Assembly (NCBI GenBank): GCA_965237675.1
Contig: OZ250150.1
Coordinates: 448,001-512,000, forward strand
DNA: 64,000 nucleotides
Reading direction: 5' to 3'
Source: Candidatus Latescibacterota bacterium
GTDB taxonomy: Bacteria; Latescibacterota; UBA2968; GCA-2709665
This document shows positions 26,081-35,017 of the stretch, one piece after another (the first letter of the stretch is position 1; each line of letters begins with the position of its first letter). The notes beneath the pieces are model-generated. The model was not told the DNA's origin. It saw nothing but the letters and a program-made list of their open reading frames with translations, and did not search any database. The position numbers were made by a program, and so were the translations under genes.

Positions 26081-27706
26081 ATGACCGTTTCCATACGTGA
26101 ACTTCAAACCTGGATAAACAACCGGGAAGATGAGCATCTTGAATTCAAAGAGGCAAAGACGAGGTTCAACTTTAAGACCTTGGTGAAGTACTGTGTTGCC
26201 CTCGCTAATGAACGCGGAGGAAGGATTATCTTGGGCGTTGCGGATAAACTGCCGCGAAGGGTTGTCGGTAGCACGGCTTTTCGAAATCTCGAAAGGACAA
26301 AGGAAGACCTGATTGAGCGACTGCGGCTTCGTGTTGACGTCGAAGAGATTCAACACCCGGATGGTCGGGTTCTGGTCTTTCAGGTACCCTCCCGTCCGAT
26401 CGGTGTGCCTATGCAGTATGAAGGCGCGTATTGGATGCGTGGTGGCGAGGCCCTTATTCCAATGACACCGGATCAACTCGAACGCATTTTTGCCGAGGCC
26501 ACGCCAGATTTCTCGTCTGAGATTTGTACATCTGCCAAGTTGGACGATCTCGATCCAATCGCCGTGGAGGTTTTGCGTCATTTTTGGCAGCGCAAGTCGC
26601 CAGACCAGGATATCTCGACCCGCCCGGTAGAGCAACTGCTGGCAGATGCGGAGCTGATAGTTGATGGCCAGGTGACGAACGCGGCGCTGATCCTTCTGGG
26701 CACGCGCAAAGCCCTGGGCAAGTATCTCGCCCAGGCAGAGCTTATCTTCGAGTACCGATCCAACGAAGTGCCGGGACCGGCGGCGGAACGACAGGAGTTC
26801 AGACAGGGCTTTCTTCCTGTGCTCGACGAGATCTGGCGACTCATCAATCAGCGCAATGACCTGCAACACTTTCAGCAAGGGCTTTTTAATTGGGATGTGC
26901 CCACTTTCAACGTGCGCGTTGTCCGCGAGGCCGTCTTGAACGCAGTGAGTCACCGTGATTATCGCCTCGGAGGATCCATCTTTATTCGCCAATACCCTCG
27001 ACGCATTGAGATCGTCAGCCCTGGAGGGTTTCCAGACGGCATCACCCCCGAGAATATCCTGCGGCAACAAAATCCGCGCAATCGTCGTATCGCCGAAGTC
27101 CTTGGCAAATGCGGCCTGGTCGAACGGGCAGGGCAGGGGTTTGACCTCATCTTTCGCGAGTGTATTCAGCAGAGTAAGCCGTTGCCCGATTTCACCCATA
27201 CGGATGCGCACTCCGTATGGCTCACATTGGACGGCGATATCCAGGATCCGGAGTTTCTCCGTTTTCTGGAGGAGATTGGTCTGGAACGAGTCGCCGCATT
27301 CGGGCTTGACGATTTTCTGGTGGTCGATTTCGTCCACCGCGACCAACGGGTTCCGGATAACCTCGAACCGAGAATTGAGCATCTGCTGGAACAGGGGATC
27401 ATCGAGCGCGTCGGACGCGGGCGGGGCGTTCGGCTACTGCTTTCACGGCGGTTCTACCGCCACATCGGTAAGCCAGGGGTCTACACGCGCAAGCGGGGAT
27501 TGGACCGCGAGACGAACAAGGAACTGCTACTGAAGCACATTCAAGATAACCGGAAGGAAGGGAGTCCATTGAAGGAACTCGTTCAGGTGTTGCCAGCTCT
27601 TTCTTACGTCCAAGTACAGAAATTACTCCAAGCCTTGAGAATTGGGGGGCAGATCCACAAAGTCGGAAACACTCGCGCCGCTCGCTGGTATCCAGGCAGA
27701 GCTTAA
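26081..27706 (+). CDS. AlbA_2 (Schlafen-like) + HATPase_c_4 + wHTH protein, type 2
   Basis: EDEHLEFKEA, VALANERGGRIILGVAD; VREAVLNAVSHRDY, IVSPGGF, ERAGQGFD; C-terminal GNTRAARWYP. Confidence 0.88.
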   Translation: MTVSIRELQTWINNREDEHLEFKEAKTRFNFKTLVKYCVALANERGGRIILGVADKLPRRVVGSTAFRNLERTKEDLIERLRLRVDVEEIQHPDGRVLVFQVPSRPIGVPMQYEGAYWMRGGEALIPMTPDQLERIFAEATPDFSSEICTSAKLDDLDPIAVEVLRHFWQRKSPDQDISTRPVEQLLADAELIVDGQVTNAALILLGTRKALGKYLAQAELIFEYRSNEVPGPAAERQEFRQGFLPVLDEIWRLINQRNDLQHFQQGLFNWDVPTFNVRVVREAVLNAVSHRDYRLGGSIFIRQYPRRIEIVSPGGFPDGITPENILRQQNPRNRRIAEVLGKCGLVERAGQGFDLIFRECIQQSKPLPDFTHTDAHSVWLTLDGDIQDPEFLRFLEEIGLERVAAFGLDDFLVVDFVHRDQRVPDNLEPRIEHLLEQGIIERVGRGRGVRLLLSRRFYRHIGKPGVYTRKRGLDRETNKELLLKHIQDNRKEGSPLKELVQVLPALSYVQVQKLLQALRIGGQIHKVGNTRAARWYPGRA

Positions 27707-27712
27707 TCCGGG

Positions 27713-28088
27713 ATTGTGCCTGAAAATAAATAATAGGACAAAAAGCATAAATTCGGCACAATTTTGGCATAATAGATTTCGTAAGTATCTGTTTTTTTGG
27801 ACTTTTTTACTTTGTTTTTTCCTGACAAAGCATAAATCTTCAAGCAAAAAAGTCATAATTCAGTTGTTCGGGGAGCAGATCCACCGGGGATGATGAAGAC
27901 CGTGCTCGTTTTTGCGCAAGCGCGATCGCCGCGCCACATGGCATGCGGCCCGGTCTCTCAGGTTGTCAGGCGCCGGAGCCTGAATTTCCATTAGCCGCTA
28001 ATTGATCGATAATTGTCGGAACGACACCCGAATTCTATAACCCGTTAATTTTATTGCATTTGTTTAATTGACGGGTAATTGACTGGAA
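27713..28088 (+). repeat. ~375-bp non-coding repeat, copy 2
   Basis: Homologous to 20030-20393; (A/G)GCA(T/C)AA repeats at 27744, 27755 and 27766 (11-bp period); 58-bp core at 28031-28088. Confidence 0.85.
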
Positions 28089-28096
28089 CCTCCTTC

Positions 28097-29068
28097 TTGA
28101 CCACAGACACCTCCGAACGCGGTCTTGAAAGCCTCATTTGCAGGTCGTTGGCCGGCGACCCGAATATTGCGACACATTCAGGCGATTCGGGTGACAGGCC
28201 CGCCACCTATAGTGCGGGGTGGCTTCACGGGGACCCGCACGATTATGACCGTGAATATTGTGTAGACCTGAATCACCTTTCGACTTTTCTGGGTCTGACC
28301 CAGCCCGACGTTGCAGAGGCGCTGGACCTCCGGCAGGATAGCCCGACGCGACGGAAGTTTCTGGCTCGCCTGCAGGGTGAGATAACCAGGCGCGGCACAA
28401 TCGATGTACTTCGTAGGGGGATCAAGCACGGACGCCATCAGATCGACCTGTTCTACGGCGCGCCTTCGCCGGGCAACGATAAGGCCAGGGCACGGTACGA
28501 GCATAACCGGTTCAGCGTCACCCGCCAACTCCAATACAGCCGTGACAATACGCGGCTTGCTCTCGATTTGTGCCTTTTTATCAACGGCCTGCCGGTTGCA
28601 ACCTTTGAACTGAAGAACAGCCTCACCAAGCAAACGGCAGAGGATGCCATTGAACAGTACAAACGCGACCGAAGTCCCTCCGAAAAGCTCTTCGAGTTCG
28701 GTCCCGTGCCGACCGGCGTGGGAACTGGAAAGCCCGAGCCCGAGATTGACCGTCTGAGCAACATACTGAGAATGTTCAACGAACTGTTCGGAAATATCGA
28801 TTGGAAGGACGCGGACAAGATCGGACGGGGCATCGCCGAGGAGTTGCCAGCGAAGGTCGCCGCCGACAGGGCTTACTGGAACGCGATGGAAAACTCGGAC
28901 AGGCAGAACGCACGGATCGAGCACGACAAGGCGCTCGAAAGGGCCGTGACGGAACTGCTGTCCGACCACGCCGAGCTATTCAAGCAGTTCAGCGACAACG
29001 AGTCGTTCCGGAAATGGCTATCAGAGACCAACTTTCGTTCCACTTACCGTCAAACAGCCAACGTTTGA
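28097..29068 (+). pseudogene. hsdR: Type I R-M HsdR with an in-frame deletion of the whole helicase core (nuclease N-domain joined to the extreme C-terminus)
   Basis: HSDR_N: NRFSVTRQLQYS, LDLCLFINGLPVATFELKN, AIEQYK; junction LFEFG|PVPTG near 28702; C-terminal LSNIL..FNELFG...FKQFSDNESFRKWL; no Walker A or DEAH. Confidence 0.85.
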
Positions 29069-29208
29069 AGGGGCCCCGCCCAGTCCGGCCGATGACAACC
29101 GTGCTGAAAAAGAGAACCTGTTTGCCACACGGACTCCACTGTGGTTCCCGTTGAACTGGTGGCTCGATCACCATCAACCATAATTCCAAGGCTGACTGAA
29201 AAGAAAGA

Positions 29209-32200
29209 ATGAGTGGATACCATTCAACAGCTAGAATTGCCGGAGACGAACTGATCCTGTCCCAGGCTCAGGGTCAGGTCCAGACGTTCTTCGATGAGCT
29301 GAAGAACGGCACGCAGAATTATCGGACCATTGCCAGCCTTGGTGAACAGATCACGCAGGAATACCGGGGCCGATGCATTTTGGAACTGATGCAAAATGCC
29401 CACGACGCGCTGGCGAATGCCGCGCCAGATGACCCGCGACGGATCTCATTCGTTCTGACCACCTCTCCTGAACCCGTACTTCTAATCGCAAATAGTGGTT
29501 GTCCTTTCCACACTGATGACTTCAAGGGAATCTGTCAACTTGGACAGAGCCCAAAGGATCCCAACGAGAGCGTTGGTAACAAGGGTTTGGGCTTCCGGAG
29601 TGTCCTAGAAGTGTCAACCTGCCCGGAGATTTGGTCCACGACTCCTGCCGGAAGCGACACTGCCTTCGTTTTCCGCTTCGACCCCTCCGTTGCTGATCGG
29701 GTAGCGGCGGCAGCGCACACGTTTGACCAACATGGACTTGCTGCGCGTTCACCATTCGATACAAAACGCCCGCTTGTCGACTGGTCACAGGAACAAATCG
29801 AGCGATATCGTGAACGTTTGTCCGATGAGGAGAAAGAAGGCTCACACGAGGCTGAAAATTTCCTGTCGCCTTACCAGTTTCCGCTCCCAATCGAAGGCGT
29901 TCTGTTCGAGGTAGAGGAGCTATTGTGCGCAGGGCATGCGACCGTCATCCGGCTTCGCCTGGACGGTGGGAGGACTGGTACTTGCGAGGAAGCAGTCCGG
30001 TCGGTAAAGGAGCAACTTCAAAACTTGGATGCCCGATCGACGGTTTTCCTTTCTCACCTTGAGGAACTTGTCGTCGATATCGATGGCGAAAGACGCATAT
30101 TGGAACGAGTAGTCGACTCGGAATTTGAGTTCTCAGGCTGCCAGCGCACTCGGCAGCAGCGGCTGGTGGTTGGATGTTCAGACCCGTTCCCAGACGACAA
30201 CACGACCCGGAAGTTCCATGTATGGCTTCGCAAACTCGGAGGAGACGACGACCCCGAGCAAGCGGAGCAAATCCGCGCCCTCGTGAAGCACCTGCCAAAT
30301 CGATGGCCGGAGGTCCGACAAGTAGAGGTGGGCATCGTCGTCGAGGAAGCGACCGAGCCCAAGCCGGGAGTCTTCGTGATTTTCCTGCCGACAGAGATGA
30401 CGACCGGTACGGGGGCACATGTCAATGCCCCCTTCTACGGTTCCCTTGACCGGCGCGAGATCAACTTCGATGTTAACTACAACAAGCTGCTCCTCGAAAG
30501 TGTGTTGGATCTGTGCCTCGACGTGGCCTTCGGGTTAATCTCCGAGGAACCTGGAACTTGGCAGGCCTGCGCCGTGATTGATCTTCTTTCATCAACCGCG
30601 GCGGCTGGCGGACAGAGTTGGTGTTTCCTGGACGAACTGCGAAAACGCGCGGCGGAACGAGACAGCGCTCTCGAAAACCATGCGCTGGTTCTTTGTCATG
30701 GCGGCTGGCATGTTCCGGGCAAGGCAAGGGTAATGCCGTACATTGCTGACGACAATCTGATCGGCGCCGAGAGATGGCGCGAGCATGCCGGGTTCGCCGT
30801 CGTTTCGTCTGTGCTCGATGGCCGGCAGGAAGCTGTGGAGACACTTCTCAAGAAGCTTGATGGTTCGCCGAGCCCAACGCATTCCGAATGGCGGGGGTCC
30901 ATTGAACAGGTCGCGAAGGAAATCAAGGCTTGCAGGATCGATGTGACGTGGGATGACTTTTTTAATAGCTTGCTCGCCGTGCTGCCAGAGGATATGCGAT
31001 CCGAACCGGAACCGTGGGCAGATGACCCTGATCCGCTTGCTCCTGCAAGTTTTCTCCCTACGCAAGACGGGCGTCTGTTCAGCGCCTCGGACTCTCCGGT
31101 GTTGTTTTTTCAGCCTGTGCAAGGCACTGATGACGTCGTGGATATCGTTGAAGAGGTTCCCAACTCCGTAAAGCACCGTGTTGCTTTTCTACACCACGAC
31201 ATCCGAACACGAGAGGAGGCGCCACAGGGCCGCAATACCGCAGTACAAAAGTTCCTTGATGGTCGGTTCGTACGTACTTTTCGCCGGGAGGATATCCTCC
31301 GAGACATCGTCCTTAAAGCACTGCCTTCACTACCGACTCCTCACGGCGGGCAAAATGCTGAGCTTTGCTCGGACCTTTTCTCTTGGACAATGAGGTTGGT
31401 GGGCGAGGACGAACCGGACACGTTGCTGCCCTTGCTCAAATCGCTGCCCATCGCCTGCCTTGGCGGCTGGTATGCGATGCGCGACGCGGTGTTCGGGCCT
31501 GGTTGGCAGGGCCGACGTGGCGACCTTATCTGGTCGCTTGCGGACGAACTGCCTGAAGACGCGGCAAGGCTAGTGCGCGATACAGCGCTTCTCCCGCCGG
31601 AGGACCCGCGCTGGGGTGTCACTGTGGAAGGCCGCAATGGGTTATTTGCTCGAGCGGGGGTGTTTGATGGTCTTCCGTTAGAAAATTCGACCGAAGCTTG
31701 CTTTAATATGAGTAGCAGCTCCTACGAGCTTCCCGCCGAGCCGCCAGCCGGCACACCGCAGGCGGCGTGGGACGACTGGCGCAACGCGGTGCGCGAGCAT
31801 GCAAAGCCCTACTTCAGCGGTTGGCACGAATACACGCTGTCGGAAGTCCAACTGCTGCCCGAAATCCACTGCTTGGAATCGTTGAGTCCGAACGGGCGGC
31901 AAGTCCTGTCGAACCTCATTCTTGCGTCGATCGGATCTTGGGGAGGTTGGGAGTCGGTTGAGATCACAAAGAATGGAGGGTATTCCTGGTCACACCGCGT
32001 CACTTCACCACTGAAGTATTGGTTGACGACGCGGGCATGGCTAAATGATCAGTCCAGTGTCGAGCAACCGCTTGGCCGTCGCTGGCTGGTGCCACAGTCA
32101 TTGCTGCGAGGCCAGCGCGACCGCTATTCACATCTCGACCCGCTGTCGGTTGATCTGACCCGAAGGTTAGATGCCCAGCCAGAGTTGAAGACAGCACTCA

Positions 32201-34692
32201 TCCAACTCGAACTGAACGTCTACCCCACAGACGATGACCAAACTGGGCCTGAATTGCTTGACGCCCTAGCGACAGCCTGGACGACCAACAGAATCCCGGC
32301 CGGACGATTCGACATCTTAGTGGGGCAGATACGCGACGCGTGGCGGCATCTTGCCCTGGACAGGGGACTCCCCAAGACGTTCCTGGTAAGGAAAGGCCGG
32401 CGGCGGACGTTTGAGACACGTGGACTTGATGAGCTTGCGGACGTCTACCTTCCCGATCGAGGGGACCGAACTCGATCACTTCAAGATCACGAAAAGCAGA
32501 TCTTGGAGATGCACACGTCTGATGCTAACCGCACTGCATCAAGACTAATAGCCGCGACTCGAATCAGACGGGCATCTTCGCTTGATGAATCGTTTCTCAT
32601 TGACGACGAGCCCTGGACCAGCTTAGTTGACGGAATCCCGCCGCTGGACGAAACCAGATACGCTTGGCTACCCATCACGCTTCTCACTGTCGCTGCGCAG
32701 GGTGGCACCAACCCTATGGGTGCAACGACCGTGGCGTGGCAACAGGCTGCGGAGAGGCTTCGGCGAGCCCGTGTCCTGGAGTGCGAGACCATTGCCGTTC
32801 AGTTGATAGACGATGACCAAGTCGTTGCTTCAAACGAGCCAGCAGCACGTTGGTTGTCTGGGGACGTGTTGGCCATACGGCGCGATGTTGGACTGTCGTA
32901 CGAGGTGCTCGCCCCGGCAGCCCAAGCAATACTGGATCGACAAGATCTCCTTAAGGACTCTCGGCTCGTATTGGGTGCGCTCGCCGACAAAGAGGAGCCA
33001 ACACCAAAGCAGATTGAGAAAGCATTGGAACGCGCGGAGATCGACTCGCAATCTCTCGCGGATGTCCGCCACCGTTGGTCAGGTAACATCAGCCTGATCC
33101 TGGATCGTATCCGGCCGGTGTTGTCGCTGTTTAGGATCGCCGACGACGGGCTTAATGCGGCAACGACAGACATCGATCATCTGACCGAATGGCTGTCCTC
33201 GAACCTTACGCAGTGGTCGGCTCAGGCCGCTATTTCGGCTGCTCAAAGAAGCCGGGACGACTCTGCAATGGGTGAGGCGGCTTGGCGCGCCATAGGCGAT
33301 GTCGCCCAACTCCCGGTCTGGAACAAAGCTCTCGCTACGCTTGGCGACGGGTATGCGACCGTCGAAAACCCCCGTGCCGCCGATCAGACGCAGGCCCACC
33401 TTGACGAAGCAATGCCTCTACTTCGTGGACTTGCTCGCTATATCGCTGTCGACCGGGACAATCCAGATCTGTTTATAAAGATCGAGGCCGTCAATCAGAG
33501 CTTTAAGGGTAACGACGATTGGTCAACACAATGGTGGGCAGTACCGTTTGAAGCCGTTATTGGCAAGCTGCGCGTCGATTACGCCAAAATCATTGGTTCC
33601 GAATTCCATCTGGAGGTGCTTAACGGAGCCAAGACCGTCGACGACCTGCGCACCGCATTTCATAGGAAAGGCATAGGAGTCGCTGACCCCTACGAGATTG
33701 CAGGTATGAACAAGATGCGGCTCGACGAAGTGCTCCTCAGCACACGCGATCTTCACCGAGAGTGGAAAGAGCTCGGGACGTCGAACTCGATAGCACATGT
33801 ACCTCCAGAAACACCGGCCGAATTGGATCCAGTGGCGTATCTGGGTCATTGGTCTGACTCAGAGTTGATTGAGCGAGCTCTCCGCATCATTGATGACGAG
33901 GACTTCATCAATGCTTGCAAGGGTTGTGAGAGCCTCGAAGAAATTCGTCAAGTACTCGAACTCACTTCCGAAAACATCCATGCCCGTCGCCAAGACCGGC
34001 TACGACGTGATCAGGAAGCGGAACGTCGTCGACGGACGTTTGGTGTTGCTGGTGCTCCCTTTGAAGTTGGAACGGAAAGCTACAGTGATCTATTCGAACG
34101 CCTAAACGGCCTCGCCGATCCCCAAGGACCAAACGTTGAGAAAGACGAGACGACTCCGCTGGCTGAAGCAGCCGAACGCATTGATGATCCGGGTGAAGGC
34201 GTTAGAAAGGCAAGTAGGATCTCACACTTACGCCCCTCGGACGATCTTCTCAACTTGGTGGGTGTCGTCGGCGAGATACACGCCTATCGCTTCTTGCGCG
34301 CGAAGTTTGGTAAGGACGTCGTGACTCGGGACGCATGGCTTTCTGAAAACCGACTGCAAGTTTTGCCGCTTGTGAAAGGAGAGCCGGATAGGACGAGCGA
34401 CAGCCATGGCTTCGATTTTCAGTTCATTCACCGCCGCATTAAGTGGTATGTCGAGGTTAAGGCGACCGCGGGCGTCGACTCACAGTTCGATCTCGGGATT
34501 AGCGAGATCTATGCGGCGACCAACCTTGCACGGCGGCGAGGTGGACGATGGCGGATCCTTCGGGTTCGCAATGCGCTGTCCGATCAACCAGAGGTCGAAT
34601 GGCTACCAAATCCGTTCGAAGAGGACTACAAGAAACACTTCCGCTTGGACAATAGCGGAATGAGGGTATCCTATATGCGCAAGAAAATTTGA
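29209..34692 (+). CDS. Sacsin-like GHKL ATPase with C-terminal DUF3883/NOV PD-(D/E)xK nuclease (1827 aa)
   Basis: ELMQNAHDA, IANSGCPF, VGNKGLGFRSV, HVNAPF; C-terminal GVVGEIHAY...GFDFQF...VEVKAT. Confidence 0.8.
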   Translation: MSGYHSTARIAGDELILSQAQGQVQTFFDELKNGTQNYRTIASLGEQITQEYRGRCILELMQNAHDALANAAPDDPRRISFVLTTSPEPVLLIANSGCPFHTDDFKGICQLGQSPKDPNESVGNKGLGFRSVLEVSTCPEIWSTTPAGSDTAFVFRFDPSVADRVAAAAHTFDQHGLAARSPFDTKRPLVDWSQEQIERYRERLSDEEKEGSHEAENFLSPYQFPLPIEGVLFEVEELLCAGHATVIRLRLDGGRTGTCEEAVRSVKEQLQNLDARSTVFLSHLEELVVDIDGERRILERVVDSEFEFSGCQRTRQQRLVVGCSDPFPDDNTTRKFHVWLRKLGGDDDPEQAEQIRALVKHLPNRWPEVRQVEVGIVVEEATEPKPGVFVIFLPTEMTTGTGAHVNAPFYGSLDRREINFDVNYNKLLLESVLDLCLDVAFGLISEEPGTWQACAVIDLLSSTAAAGGQSWCFLDELRKRAAERDSALENHALVLCHGGWHVPGKARVMPYIADDNLIGAERWREHAGFAVVSSVLDGRQEAVETLLKKLDGSPSPTHSEWRGSIEQVAKEIKACRIDVTWDDFFNSLLAVLPEDMRSEPEPWADDPDPLAPASFLPTQDGRLFSASDSPVLFFQPVQGTDDVVDIVEEVPNSVKHRVAFLHHDIRTREEAPQGRNTAVQKFLDGRFVRTFRREDILRDIVLKALPSLPTPHGGQNAELCSDLFSWTMRLVGEDEPDTLLPLLKSLPIACLGGWYAMRDAVFGPGWQGRRGDLIWSLADELPEDAARLVRDTALLPPEDPRWGVTVEGRNGLFARAGVFDGLPLENSTEACFNMSSSSYELPAEPPAGTPQAAWDDWRNAVREHAKPYFSGWHEYTLSEVQLLPEIHCLESLSPNGRQVLSNLILASIGSWGGWESVEITKNGGYSWSHRVTSPLKYWLTTRAWLNDQSSVEQPLGRRWLVPQSLLRGQRDRYSHLDPLSVDLTRRLDAQPELKTALIQLELNVYPTDDDQTGPELLDALATAWTTNRIPAGRFDILVGQIRDAWRHLALDRGLPKTFLVRKGRRRTFETRGLDELADVYLPDRGDRTRSLQDHEKQILEMHTSDANRTASRLIAATRIRRASSLDESFLIDDEPWTSLVDGIPPLDETRYAWLPITLLTVAAQGGTNPMGATTVAWQQAAERLRRARVLECETIAVQLIDDDQVVASNEPAARWLSGDVLAIRRDVGLSYEVLAPAAQAILDRQDLLKDSRLVLGALADKEEPTPKQIEKALERAEIDSQSLADVRHRWSGNISLILDRIRPVLSLFRIADDGLNAATTDIDHLTEWLSSNLTQWSAQAAISAAQRSRDDSAMGEAAWRAIGDVAQLPVWNKALATLGDGYATVENPRAADQTQAHLDEAMPLLRGLARYIAVDRDNPDLFIKIEAVNQSFKGNDDWSTQWWAVPFEAVIGKLRVDYAKIIGSEFHLEVLNGAKTVDDLRTAFHRKGIGVADPYEIAGMNKMRLDEVLLSTRDLHREWKELGTSNSIAHVPPETPAELDPVAYLGHWSDSELIERALRIIDDEDFINACKGCESLEEIRQVLELTSENIHARRQDRLRRDQEAERRRRTFGVAGAPFEVGTESYSDLFERLNGLADPQGPNVEKDETTPLAEAAERIDDPGEGVRKASRISHLRPSDDLLNLVGVVGEIHAYRFLRAKFGKDVVTRDAWLSENRLQVLPLVKGEPDRTSDSHGFDFQFIHRRIKWYVEVKATAGVDSQFDLGISEIYAATNLARRRGGRWRILRVRNALSDQPEVEWLPNPFEEDYKKHFRLDNSGMRVSYMRKKI

Positions 34693-34958
34693 ATACACTG
34701 CTACGGCCAATACATCCTTGCCTGGCCAACTGCGAGCCGAAATCGTGATCCCGCACGAATCGGCTCGTTTTTTTTGACAAGCGTACCTTGGCGTTTGTCA
34801 GCACAGTAGAACGGCGAGTACGGTGGGACCCGTTTTGGAGACCCCACGCCCCCTAGCACTTTCAGACGGTTAAGAAAACAAAAGGGTTTATATTGGGCAC
34901 TGGAGGAAAGCAGTTTGTCCCCAGCTTGCCGGAGGTTTTGCGACAAGAATGGGGCCTG

Positions 34959-35009
34959 TTTCCTTTCGGATAACCTTCTTTCCTTTCGGATAACCTTCTT
35001 TCCTTTCGG
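34959..35009 (+). repeat. 20-bp tandem repeat, 2.5 copies
   Basis: (TTTCCTTTCGGATAACCTTC)x2 + TTTCCTTTCGG, ending 8 bp before the next ATG. Confidence 0.85.
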
Positions 35010-35017
35010 GTTGATTA

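Noticed and set aside
20336-28088. 58-bp repeats as a CRISPR array or prophage att sites
   Set aside because: Copies are kilobases apart; no cas genes, integrase or tRNA recognised.
34959-35009. Mini-CRISPR
   Set aside because: The repeats are contiguous, with no spacers.
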